DNA of 64,000 bases from Candidatus Latescibacterota bacterium (lineage in GTDB: Bacteria; Latescibacterota; UBA2968). The notes beneath the pieces were generated by a model. That model saw nothing but the letters and a program-made list of their open reading frames with translations. It ran no database searches and was not told where the DNA came from. Location: the NCBI GenBank assembly GCA_965214925.1, contig OZ244028.1, forward strand, positions 3,710,058 through 3,774,057. Direction: 5' to 3'. Below are positions 46,337-55,066 of this stretch, one piece after another. The number at the start of each line of letters is the position of its first letter. Position 1 is the stretch's first letter. The position numbers were made by a program, and so were the translations under genes.

Positions 46337-47231
46337 GATGATCTCTCCATTGGATCGCTTCGTAATGATTTCTCAGCCAATCAATGGGTCGTATTCGCGG
46401 AATGCGTATCCTTCGATCCCCGGCGAAACCGAGCACGCGGATATCCTCGTTTAAATTCTTTTTTTCGGCCTTAAGAGCAAGCGCGAATAGCGATTCACTG
46501 GTCAACGCGAATGCCCTGCCGGGTCCGCCTGGGCTCGTTGCTGCCTCTCTCACAGATATATTGACTGTGCCTTGGCCCGTTCGGGCCTCCACAAATGCTT
46601 TGGAGAGGGCATATCCGAGTAAATATGTCGGGACTGCTTTCTCGCCTTGATGCACTTGGTAATATCTCGACGTATGAAAATAACTCATTAAACCGAGCTC
46701 AACAAATGGACATTCAAGTGCTTCTTCTGGATCCTTATGTTCGATTGGAATGTGTCTGGCATAGCTATGCAAAAGGCAAGCAACATCTCGCTCAATAGTC
46801 CTTGGACTGAGCTTTCGATCTTGCTGTAGATAGCGAGATAGCCTGTCTATGCACATAGCCCTTTCAAATCGGGAGTGACTGAAATGATTGAAGAACCACG
46901 TCCAAGTAAAAGCTTGATTTTCGGGATTCACCAGATTGATGTGCAAGGCCCACCAGGTCCCGATTTCTATAAAATAGGGATCGCGATCGTAAATCAGCCT
47001 GCCGAGTTCTGTTACTTCCAATCGGGTCTGACGCCCATTGGCTCGTTTTCGCACGGCCAATCCCGTGACCTCCAACCAGTGGCGAATAGAACGGGACATG
47101 TTTTTGCCAACGCCGAGCCAATCCGCAACATATTCATCGAATAACAACTCGGGGTCTTCAATCAGCAACTTCAGCCCTTTGTGAAGCCACCCTTCTCGAA
47201 TTGCAAATGTTTCGTGTCCACTGAATTTCAT
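46326..47231 (-). CDS. sspB: DUF4007-like protein, SspB-like
   Basis: N-terminus 'MKFSGHETFAIREGWLHKGLKLL' is the hallmark start of DUF4007 proteins. ATGA overlap with the desulfurase gene. Confidence 0.75.
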   Translation of the reverse strand: MKFSGHETFAIREGWLHKGLKLLIEDPELLFDEYVADWLGVGKNMSRSIRHWLEVTGLAVRKRANGRQTRLEVTELGRLIYDRDPYFIEIGTWWALHINLVNPENQAFTWTWFFNHFSHSRFERAMCIDRLSRYLQQDRKLSPRTIERDVACLLHSYARHIPIEHKDPEEALECPFVELGLMSYFHTSRYYQVHQGEKAVPTYLLGYALSKAFVEARTGQGTVNISVREAATSPGGPGRAFALTSESLFALALKAEKKNLNEDIRVLGFAGDRRIRIPRIRPIDWLRNHYEAIQWRDHHAA

Positions 47232-48418
47232 GATCTCACCCCTGCCAAAGGCGTCAATCGCCGTCGCCTAAATCGGCGCAATTGTCCACACAAACGCTCG
47301 ATATGTGCAACCGTCTCATCGACCTCTTCAATCGCATTGAACTCCGAAAAGCTAAATCGGATACTCGAGTACGCCTCTGCTTCAGAAAGGCCCATCGCAC
47401 GCAACACATACGACGGTTCGGGCCGCTGATTGGTGCATGCCGAACTCTGCGAACACCGAATCCCTTCCTGATCCAACCGAGCCACGAGTGCCTGACCATC
47501 CACATCCCGAAACAGCAAATTTGTCGTATTGCAAATCCGCAACTCGGGATCGCCATTGATCGCCACATCGGGCACGCGATCCATAACGGACTGCTCAAAA
47601 TAATCCCGCAGCGAAGCCATAAGCACCTGCACATCCGCAAGCCGATTCAATCGCACCTGCGCCGCGGTGCCCATGCCAACAATGCCGGGCACATTCTCTG
47701 TTCCCGGCCGCAATCCACCTTCTTGCCCTCCGCCCCAAAGCAGTGGAAACAACCCTTTGGACGCTTTCACATAGAGCGCGCCAACGCCTTGGGGCCCGTG
47801 GAATTTATGCGCGGTAAACGTCAAAAAGGCAACGGGCAGTTCGTCTAAAGAAATGGACAACTTGCCAACGGCCTGCGCGGCATCGGTATGGCATAACACA
47901 CCTCGGGCTTGGCAAAGCCGAGCAATCCGCTCAATGGGCAAAATCGCGCCCGTTTCGTTATTGACCCACTGCACAGAAACCAGATCCGTGTCTGGCGTAA
48001 CGGCTTCGGCCAGCAAGCCCCAACTCAACTGCCCATTCCGATCCACGGGAACAGATACGACCTCAACGCCTTTTTCACCGAGATAGTTACACATCTTCAC
48101 AATGGACGAGTGTTCTACGGTCGTTGTCACAATGCGAACCCGTTTTTCCGTTTGGGCGCGTTGAACAACAGAATTGAAGACCGTGTTATTGGCTTCGGTC
48201 CCACTCCCCGTAAACACAATCTGATCAGATGTAGCACCGACCAACTTTGCAACGGCGTCACGCGCTGCAACCATGGCGTCGCGCACGCGGTCGCCAGCCA
48301 AATGCGCGCTCGACGGATTGCCAAACCCCTCGTCCAATACGCGCATCATCGCGTCGCGCACCTCGGGCAACGGTTGCGTCGTCGCATTATTGTCCAAATA
48401 CATTTCGCGCATCATCAC
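47228..48418 (-). CDS. sspA: cysteine desulfurase (class V aminotransferase), SspA/DndA-like
   Basis: 'LDNNATTQP', 'FTGSGTEANN', PLP-Lys 'FTAHKFHGPQGVGALY' and the catalytic Cys loop 'SQSSACTN'. Confidence 0.85.
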   Translation of the reverse strand: MMMREMYLDNNATTQPLPEVRDAMMRVLDEGFGNPSSAHLAGDRVRDAMVAARDAVAKLVGATSDQIVFTGSGTEANNTVFNSVVQRAQTEKRVRIVTTTVEHSSIVKMCNYLGEKGVEVVSVPVDRNGQLSWGLLAEAVTPDTDLVSVQWVNNETGAILPIERIARLCQARGVLCHTDAAQAVGKLSISLDELPVAFLTFTAHKFHGPQGVGALYVKASKGLFPLLWGGGQEGGLRPGTENVPGIVGMGTAAQVRLNRLADVQVLMASLRDYFEQSVMDRVPDVAINGDPELRICNTTNLLFRDVDGQALVARLDQEGIRCSQSSACTNQRPEPSYVLRAMGLSEAEAYSSIRFSFSEFNAIEEVDETVAHIERLCGQLRRFRRRRLTPLAGVRS

Positions 48419-48430
48419 TCCAAAATTTTG

Positions 48431-48673
48431 CTACATCTCTGTCAGTTTTAACTGATTTGCATTAGCCTGATCAATGGGTTCAATTCGGTTGGCGAAGCGG
48501 CGAATCGCTTCGGCCTCGGCAGATGTAAAGAGAACTTTCCGGCCGCGATACCGATTTCCAGCCGGAACTTTCCCCTCATTCCGCCACCGCCAAAGCGTTT
48601 GGCGCGACACATTCAAATCCCCTATCACTTCGGTTGCTGAATAATAGGTTATACCGTTAATCTGAATCGGCAT
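48431..48673 (-). CDS. MerR/excisionase-type HTH protein
   Basis: 'YYSATEVIGDLNVSRQTLWRWRNEGKVP' is an HTH_17/AlpA-like motif. It lies 12 nt upstream of sspA. The ORF extends to 48694. Confidence 0.7.
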   Translation of the reverse strand: MPIQINGITYYSATEVIGDLNVSRQTLWRWRNEGKVPAGNRYRGRKVLFTSAEAEAIRRFANRIEPIDQANANQLKLTEM

Positions 48674-48730
48674 GTTCGCCTCGCAGCGTTTCAAAGTGTT
48701 GCGTATGTCTCTGTATGTAACATTCGGTTT

Positions 48731-48759
48731 ATCGTAATACGAAAGTCGCCCTCAGTCAA
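48731..48759 (-). promoter_or_regulatory. candidate promoter of the island operon
   Basis: The minus strand reads TTGACT - 17 nt - TACGAT, between the mrcA terminator and the HTH gene. Confidence 0.4.
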
Positions 48760-48767
48760 CAAAATTG

Positions 48768-48800
48768 AAAAAAAAAAACGGACGGGTTATACCCATCCGC
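48768..48800 (-). terminator. rho-independent terminator of mrcA
   Basis: The minus strand reads 'gcggatgggtataacccgtccg' followed by T11, 30 nt after the mrcA stop. Confidence 0.8.
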
Positions 48801-48830
48801 GACTTTCGATCCCGCTGTGTCTCTCCGCGA

Positions 48831-51146
48831 TCAAAACTGGTATTCGCGCTTGGTCTTGGGCTTGCTGGGTTGGTTCGGCGCGGACAAGTCCTGCGCGTTG
48901 GAGGTGTGCATTGGGCACGGGCGTGTGGGTTCGGTGCCGGGCTTAAACACCTCAGTGTAGCGTTTGGAACAATAAATGGACGCGACTTGGTAGGTATCGC
49001 CACAAATTTCTACATTTGGAATGCTCGGGGGCAGCGCGAAATTTTCAACCGGGAGTTTGAGTGCGGCGTGCGCGCGTTTCATAAATTCCGCCCAAATGGG
49101 CAGGGCCACGGCCGCGCCCGACATGCGACTGCCCATTGACACTTTGGAATCAAACCCCACCCAAACCCCACACGCGATCTGCGGGGTGAACCCGATAAAC
49201 CACGCATCGGCATAATTCTGCGTGGTGCCGGTCTTTCCGGCCGCGGGACGGCGAAATCCATACGCCGTGCGCGCGATCCGGCCCGTGCCAGTCAACATCG
49301 CGTGCTGGGTGCCCCGGCGCATGTCCAGCACCGACCGCATCAGGTTCACGGTCACCGCCGCGGTCTCTTCGCTCAACACCGCTTGTTCGCGCCCTTGAAT
49401 ATTCTCTTCGAGCACAGTGCCATTTTTATCCTCAATTTTCAGCACCGCGAGGGGCGTCACGCGAATGCCTTTGTTGCCCAGCGTGCCATAAGCCGATACC
49501 AGTTCCAGCAACTCGACCTCACTGGTTCCCATGCCCAACGACAAAACGGGCCGGACGCGCGAGTCGATCCCCATTTGCTGTGCGTATTGCACCACGGTCT
49601 CTGGCCCGACCTTTTGCAACACCCGCGTCGTGACCACGTTGCGAGAACCGGCCAATCCCTCGCGCATGGTCATCCAGCCCAGAAATTTTCGGTCGTAATT
49701 TTCGGGTTGCCAGAATGTTCCGTCAAACATCTTAATCGACACCGCCGTATCGGGCAATTTCCACGTGGGGGCATAGCCCATATCAACCGCAGCCGTGTAG
49801 ATAAAGGGCTTAAAAGCAGACCCCGGCTGCCGCAGGGCCTGCGTTGCGCGGTTGAATTTGCTCTCGGCAAAATCGCGCCCGCCCACCATGGCCAAAATGT
49901 GTCCCGTGCGCGGGTTGAGCGCGACCAGCGCGCCCTGCAACACGAGATTGGCCAAGGTATCTGCTCTCGTCTTGATCTGGGCAAAAAATGTCGTATCGGG
50001 CGGATGGCGTCTCCAATTGGCCGCCACGCGATCCTTCAGCCGCCCCGTCACATGGCGCGAGACCACCTCTTCTGCAATCCGCTGCAACCGACTGTCCAGC
50101 GTCGTCTGCACGGTCGCGCCGTCATAGAGCACATCCAACCCGTAGTTGTGTTCCAAATACTTGCGAATGGACTCGGTAAAATAGGGGGCTTCGCCCATCT
50201 CTTCTGCGTGCTGCTGCAAGAGAATCGGCTGTTGCAAAGCCGCGCGATAGTCCGCGTCTGAAATGGTGCCCAACTGATGCATGTTGTAGAGCACCACATT
50301 GTCGCGCCTGTCCCGCGCGCGCTGGGGATGGTAAAGGGGCGAATAGGTGGTCGGCCCTTTCAAAAGCCCGACCAATAACGCGCTTTCAGCCAGCGCCAAA
50401 TTTTCGGTGTTCTTGCCAAAAAATCGACGCGAAGCCGCCTGAATCCCCCACGCGCTATTGCCGAAATAGACTTGATTAAAATACATCGTAATGATTTCGC
50501 GCTTGGTATAGGTGCGCTCTAAAAGCACGGCGGTCAGTTGCTCCTGAATTTTGCGTTTCCACGTGGGATCCGGGGTCAAAAAAATGTTGCGCGCCAGTTG
50601 TTGCGTCACCGTGCTGGCCCCGTGTCCCTTTAAGGTGCCCGACACGTAAATATTGCGAAACACCACGCGAATAATATCGGGAACGCTCACCCCCCAGTGT
50701 TCCCAGAAACGCCGATCTTCCGTGGAAATCAGGGCGTCAATGACCGTGCTCGGCAATTGCCCAAACGCGATGGGGTCGCGCCGTTGCACCCAGAATTTCT
50801 TCAACTCCACGCCATCTCGCGAAAAAATATGGGTCGTCTGCGCCGGATCGACATCTTCGAGTTTTTCAAAAGACGGCAAGCCATCTTTGTACTGATAAAT
50901 GACCGCAACGGCAATACCCGAATAAACCACCGCACAAATCGCGCAGTAGATCGCGATGCGCGGGATATAGGAACGTATCGATCTGGGGAGAGTTTTCACA
51001 CGCGACCACGCCGCGAAACCATGCGTTCGCGCAAATTTTTTCACTTGTCGCGCGCGTCTGTGGAACGTTTTCATGGGGTCTATCCGCGATTTATTGTTGT
51101 TTTTACAAGGGCGGCTGGGGCTGTCCGCTAATCGGGATACAGCCAC
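48831..51146 (-). CDS. mrcA: penicillin-binding protein 1A (bifunctional transglycosylase/transpeptidase)
   Basis: GT51 motifs 'STEDRRFWEHWGV' and 'GASTVTQQLARN'. Transpeptidase motifs 'QPGSAFKPFIY' and 'KTGTT'. The true start may be the internal 'MKTFHRR' at 51074. Confidence 0.92.
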   Translation of the reverse strand: MAVSRLADSPSRPCKNNNKSRIDPMKTFHRRARQVKKFARTHGFAAWSRVKTLPRSIRSYIPRIAIYCAICAVVYSGIAVAVIYQYKDGLPSFEKLEDVDPAQTTHIFSRDGVELKKFWVQRRDPIAFGQLPSTVIDALISTEDRRFWEHWGVSVPDIIRVVFRNIYVSGTLKGHGASTVTQQLARNIFLTPDPTWKRKIQEQLTAVLLERTYTKREIITMYFNQVYFGNSAWGIQAASRRFFGKNTENLALAESALLVGLLKGPTTYSPLYHPQRARDRRDNVVLYNMHQLGTISDADYRAALQQPILLQQHAEEMGEAPYFTESIRKYLEHNYGLDVLYDGATVQTTLDSRLQRIAEEVVSRHVTGRLKDRVAANWRRHPPDTTFFAQIKTRADTLANLVLQGALVALNPRTGHILAMVGGRDFAESKFNRATQALRQPGSAFKPFIYTAAVDMGYAPTWKLPDTAVSIKMFDGTFWQPENYDRKFLGWMTMREGLAGSRNVVTTRVLQKVGPETVVQYAQQMGIDSRVRPVLSLGMGTSEVELLELVSAYGTLGNKGIRVTPLAVLKIEDKNGTVLEENIQGREQAVLSEETAAVTVNLMRSVLDMRRGTQHAMLTGTGRIARTAYGFRRPAAGKTGTTQNYADAWFIGFTPQIACGVWVGFDSKVSMGSRMSGAAVALPIWAEFMKRAHAALKLPVENFALPPSIPNVEICGDTYQVASIYCSKRYTEVFKPGTEPTRPCPMHTSNAQDLSAPNQPSKPKTKREYQF

Positions 51147-52735
51147 GGCACGAGGCGGATGAGATGGTCGCGTTGTTCGCGCATCATAACTTCAATCACG
51201 GTCGGGCCTTCAAGGCCGAGGGTGTCGGCGAATACGGCTTCAAAACGCTGGGGATCGTCCACGCGGATGCCCCGCGCGCCGAGGGATCGCGCGAGGTCCG
51301 CGAGGCGAGGCGTTTGCATATCCGTGTCGATCACGCGCCCGTCAAAGGCTTTGGCTTGCGCGCCGCGAATCGCGGAGAGGCTGCCGTCGTTGGAAACGAC
51401 AGCCACGGTCTCAATGCCGTGTTCGGCCGCGGTGGCGAGTTCGCTGGCGGTCATCTGAAAGCCGCCATCGCCGCAGAACGCCACGACCTCTTGGCGCGGG
51501 CAGGCGAGTTTGGCACCAATGGCAGCGGGAATGGCAAACCCCAATGTGACCGAGTGGCTGGGGTAGAGAAATGTACGGGGGAGGGCAATGGGATATTCGT
51601 CAAACGCGCGATACCCAATAGAGGTGACATCCACGACGATGATCGCGTCTTCGGGAAGGGCGTTGCGCGTGACGCCCATCAAGGGGATGGGCGCGCGTTT
51701 GGACGCGGTTTCAGACCGCGTGCGCGCGATAAAATTGCCCCAATCGGCCGCGCAATCGCCCGCGGCTTCGGCGAGTTGGGGGATAGATTGCGCCAGATCG
51801 CCCGAAGCACCGGCTTCAATGGGATATTCGCGGGCGAGTTCTCGCGGGTCCGGGTCGAGTTGAATTTTGCGATGTGGCAAGGGCAGCGTCCAACTGCGCG
51901 TGTCAATTTGCGTGAAGCGACAGCCAATGGCGAGGAGCAAGTCCGCCTCGCCGAGCGCGATTTTGCCCGCCTGGGCAGCACAGTGCCCCACGGTGAGGGG
52001 GTGCCTGTCCGGCATCACTCCTTTGCCCAAACGCGTATAGACAACCGGGATGTTGCATGCCTCTGCGAGGCGACGGAGTGCATCGGTGGCATTGGCGTGT
52101 GTAACCGCATGGCCGGCGAGAATGATCGGGCGTTTGGACGCGCGGAGCACCTTGGCAACGCGTTCAATTTCCGCGCGGCGCGGGCGGGGGCGATCCCCTT
52201 CAACAAAGGGGGGAATATCCGCCATGCCCTCGGCCGCGGCGATATCGGTCGGCAGTTCAATGACCGCTGGCCCGGGCCGCGGCGCGCGCAGCGCGCGAAA
52301 AGCACCGACAACCGCCGCGGGGATTTCCGCGATGGATTTGGGGCGCGCGAAAAAGCGCGCAATGGGCCTGAAAAAGGTTTCTTGATCGAGGCCGTGAAAA
52401 CACTTGGCGCGATCCCGGCCGTCAAACGCCACTTCTGTCCCCCCGGTAATCAGCAACACGGGAACGCAATCGGTATGGGCATCCACGAGACCGGTGGAGG
52501 CATTGGTCGAGCCGGGGCCAGGCACCGTGAGCGCGACGCCCACGCGCCCCGATGCGCGGGCATATCCGTTTGCGATCAGGGTCGCGCCCTGTTCGTGACG
52601 GATGAGCAGATGGCGAATGCCCCCGGCGCGAAGCACCGCGTCGTAGAGGTGAATATTCTGGTTGCCGGGCATGCCCGTGAGGGTGTCAATGCCCTGCGCT
52701 TTCAGGCTTTGGATGAGGATGTCGGCACCGGTCAT
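51128..52735 (-). CDS. thiamine pyrophosphate-binding enzyme (acetolactate synthase large-subunit family)
   Basis: 'GADILIQSLKAQGIDTLTGMPG', 'HEQGATLIANGYARASG' and TPP motif 'GDGGFQMTASELATA...NDGS'. Confidence 0.85.
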   Translation of the reverse strand: MTGADILIQSLKAQGIDTLTGMPGNQNIHLYDAVLRAGGIRHLLIRHEQGATLIANGYARASGRVGVALTVPGPGSTNASTGLVDAHTDCVPVLLITGGTEVAFDGRDRAKCFHGLDQETFFRPIARFFARPKSIAEIPAAVVGAFRALRAPRPGPAVIELPTDIAAAEGMADIPPFVEGDRPRPRRAEIERVAKVLRASKRPIILAGHAVTHANATDALRRLAEACNIPVVYTRLGKGVMPDRHPLTVGHCAAQAGKIALGEADLLLAIGCRFTQIDTRSWTLPLPHRKIQLDPDPRELAREYPIEAGASGDLAQSIPQLAEAAGDCAADWGNFIARTRSETASKRAPIPLMGVTRNALPEDAIIVVDVTSIGYRAFDEYPIALPRTFLYPSHSVTLGFAIPAAIGAKLACPRQEVVAFCGDGGFQMTASELATAAEHGIETVAVVSNDGSLSAIRGAQAKAFDGRVIDTDMQTPRLADLARSLGARGIRVDDPQRFEAVFADTLGLEGPTVIEVMMREQRDHLIRLVPWLYPD

Positions 52736-52840
52736 AAAAGATATCCTTGTGTGAAATATACGAAAAAAACTTTGAATAATCACTTATTGAGCCGGAGGAG
52801 GGCAGACAAATACGCGATGTGCCGCGTCGCGCCCTTCCGC

Positions 52841-54004
52841 TCAGCGCGCGCGCGGCGTCTTTGTCGCGATTTTCGCGTCTTTTGCTGACATTGTGCTTCG
52901 CGCGCGCGATTTTCCTCGTTCACCATTGAAAATCTGGACGTATTCCGCAGCGGTTTTGTCCCATGTATATTCAGACCGGACATAGTCGCGGGCCTCGCGT
53001 TCGATTTGCGCGCGTTCTTTTGCGGGCAATTGAAAGAACGCGTGAATTTGATCCGCGAACGCGCGGTAATCATTTGGGGGAATGAGATAGCCGCCCTTGC
53101 GAACGCTTTCCGTGAGCGCATCCACCGCGAAGACGACCGCGGGCGTGCCGTCGTGCATGCATTCGAGTTGCGCGATGCCAAAGCCCTCAACATCGTTGGG
53201 ATAGGACACGTTGGGCATGATAAAGAGGTCGGCTTCTTTGCGGAGCAAGCCCAATTCTTCATCGCTGAGATAGCGCAGCAACACGCGGTCTTGAAGGTTG
53301 TTTTTTTTCCAGATATCGCGAATGCGCGCGGCATCTGGGCCAGATCCGCTGATGACCAGTTTGATGTCTCGGTCGAGCAATGGCATGCCGCGTTCCAAAA
53401 ATTGGGCAACGCCTTTTCGAGGCACTTGCCTGCCGAAGTTCAGGAGGATTTTGTCGCGCCCAAATCGAATGCCGTGTTTGGCTTCAAATTGCGATTTGAG
53501 GGCATCGCGCTGTGCTTTGGGAATGGTGGGCGGATCGATGCCGAGATAGATGATGTCAATTTTTTTAGCAGGCACGCCCGCGCGGATCGCGACTTTTTTC
53601 GTCTTTTGACTGATCACGGGCACGCTGTCGCACACCGAGACCCCATAGCGCATCAAGGGACTCAGGATCGGATTGGCATACGTCATTTCCAGACCGTAAA
53701 TGGTCGCGACAAACCGCGCGCGCGTCAACGGCCTGAGAAATGGGGCGAGGATGCAGATCACGCCGTCGCTAAAATAAATGACGTCGACGCGCCGGCAGAG
53801 AATTTGAAAAAGAGAAACGAGAAACGCATAGGGCACAAACCAAACGAGGTGCAAGCGCGAGTTCTCGCGCAGGGCGACCAGTTTGACCGCGCGCGTTTCG
53901 ATCAGGCGGCGATAGAGGTTGTAACAATGCGTCTCTATGCCGCCCACGCTCGGTGGATAGCGTCGCGTGAGGAAGAGGACGCGGAGGTTGTTTTGAGGGG
54001 GCAT
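52841..54004 (-). CDS. glycosyltransferase family 4 (GT-B)
   Basis: 'VLFLTRRYPPSVGGIETH' and the C-terminal 'EGFGIAQLECMHDGTPAV' EX7E-type region. Confidence 0.85.
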   Translation of the reverse strand: MPPQNNLRVLFLTRRYPPSVGGIETHCYNLYRRLIETRAVKLVALRENSRLHLVWFVPYAFLVSLFQILCRRVDVIYFSDGVICILAPFLRPLTRARFVATIYGLEMTYANPILSPLMRYGVSVCDSVPVISQKTKKVAIRAGVPAKKIDIIYLGIDPPTIPKAQRDALKSQFEAKHGIRFGRDKILLNFGRQVPRKGVAQFLERGMPLLDRDIKLVISGSGPDAARIRDIWKKNNLQDRVLLRYLSDEELGLLRKEADLFIMPNVSYPNDVEGFGIAQLECMHDGTPAVVFAVDALTESVRKGGYLIPPNDYRAFADQIHAFFQLPAKERAQIEREARDYVRSEYTWDKTAAEYVQIFNGERGKSRARSTMSAKDAKIATKTPRAR

Positions 54005-54007
54005 AAT

Positions 54008-55066
54008 CTATAGGTGGAGATCGGCCTGTTTGCCGCGCACGGCGAGTTCGCGTTCGGCTCTGCGGCGATCGGCTTCGTTTTTGAGCGGGATGGTGGTCGC
54101 GCCGGGGCGGGGTTTGGGATAGAGGATGCGGCGGGCGCCGGCCTGTTTCAGGGCTTTGACAATGGGTTGCATTTCGCATGCGAGCGCGATGATGGTGCCC
54201 CCGCCGCCCGCGCCCGCGAGTTTCGCGCCGAGCGCGCCGCCGTTGAGCGCGGCTTGAATCAGCCGGTCATTTTCAGCACCCGATCCGCCCAGATCGCGCT
54301 GGATATCGTGGTTTTCAATCATGAGCGCGCCCAGTTGTTTCCAGTCTTTGGCGAGGATCGCGCGCTTGCCCATGCGCGCGAGATGCGCGATGCGCAGATA
54401 ACAACGCTGGACTTCTCGGTCGCCTTCTAGCCAGCGTTCCCGAATCGGCACGTGGACGGTTTCCGACGAGCGTTGCACGCCCGTGTGCGCCAACACAAAG
54501 GGGTAATCCCCGACGTAATCGTGGAGCGGTTCGATGGTGGCATAGGGTTCATCGCCAAACGCGCGGTAAAATTGCTTGCCGTGGAAGTCCATGTAATTCA
54601 AGCCGCCAAACATGCACATATAAGCGTCTTGATACCCGCACAATGCCATGTAGTTGAGCTCGATGTGGCGCGCCATTTCCGCTCGAAAAAAGGGGTGTTC
54701 GTCGCGTTTGAGAAATGCAAAAATCGCGTTGAGAATGGAAACGCTCATCGCCGATGAACTGGAAAGCCCGGCGGCAAAGGGCACGTCGCATGCCCAGCGC
54801 AGGGAAAATTTCGCGCGGCCGAGGTCGAGAAAGTCGATGATGGCTTTGGCGACATCAAAATAGCCCCCATCGGGGTAGAGGTCTTCGGGACGATGCACTT
54901 CAAAGCGTTGATTCGCAACTTCAAAACTGAGCACATCAGAGGGCTCGATCAAGACGGCCGCGCGTTCTTGGGTGGAACACGATATGACGCTGCCGCCGTA
55001 CATGTCCGTGGGATTGCCGATAATGCCACAGCGTCCGGGCGCCGTGGAGAGAAACGCATGGGTCAT
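54008..55066 (-). CDS. GHMP-family sugar kinase
   Basis: 'APGRCGIIGNPTDMYGG' and GHMP motif 'PFAAGLSSSSAMSVS', with a C-terminal 'GAKLAGAGGGGT'. Confidence 0.8.
   Translation of the reverse strand: MTHAFLSTAPGRCGIIGNPTDMYGGSVISCSTQERAAVLIEPSDVLSFEVANQRFEVHRPEDLYPDGGYFDVAKAIIDFLDLGRAKFSLRWACDVPFAAGLSSSSAMSVSILNAIFAFLKRDEHPFFRAEMARHIELNYMALCGYQDAYMCMFGGLNYMDFHGKQFYRAFGDEPYATIEPLHDYVGDYPFVLAHTGVQRSSETVHVPIRERWLEGDREVQRCYLRIAHLARMGKRAILAKDWKQLGALMIENHDIQRDLGGSGAENDRLIQAALNGGALGAKLAGAGGGGTIIALACEMQPIVKALKQAGARRILYPKPRPGATTIPLKNEADRRRAERELAVRGKQADLHL

Noticed and set aside
33815-48694. Integrase, transposase, recombinase or tRNA-att evidence that the island is an active mobile element
   Set aside because: No such gene or tRNA fragment is visible in or next to the island. 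Only an excisionase-type HTH and a weak 13-nt direct repeat were found, so it is not annotated as a mobile_element.
51164-52888. 574-aa plus-strand ORF, together with similar long antisense ORFs (18593-19663, 49302-50261, 53006-54013, 55072-55830, 12511-13152, 20395-20976, 37101-37982, 47282-47848)
   Set aside because: Each lies entirely antisense to a gene with clear family motifs. Their translations are Arg/Gly/His/Ala-rich low-complexity strings without recognisable domains. This is the typical mirror-frame artefact of GC-rich coding DNA.
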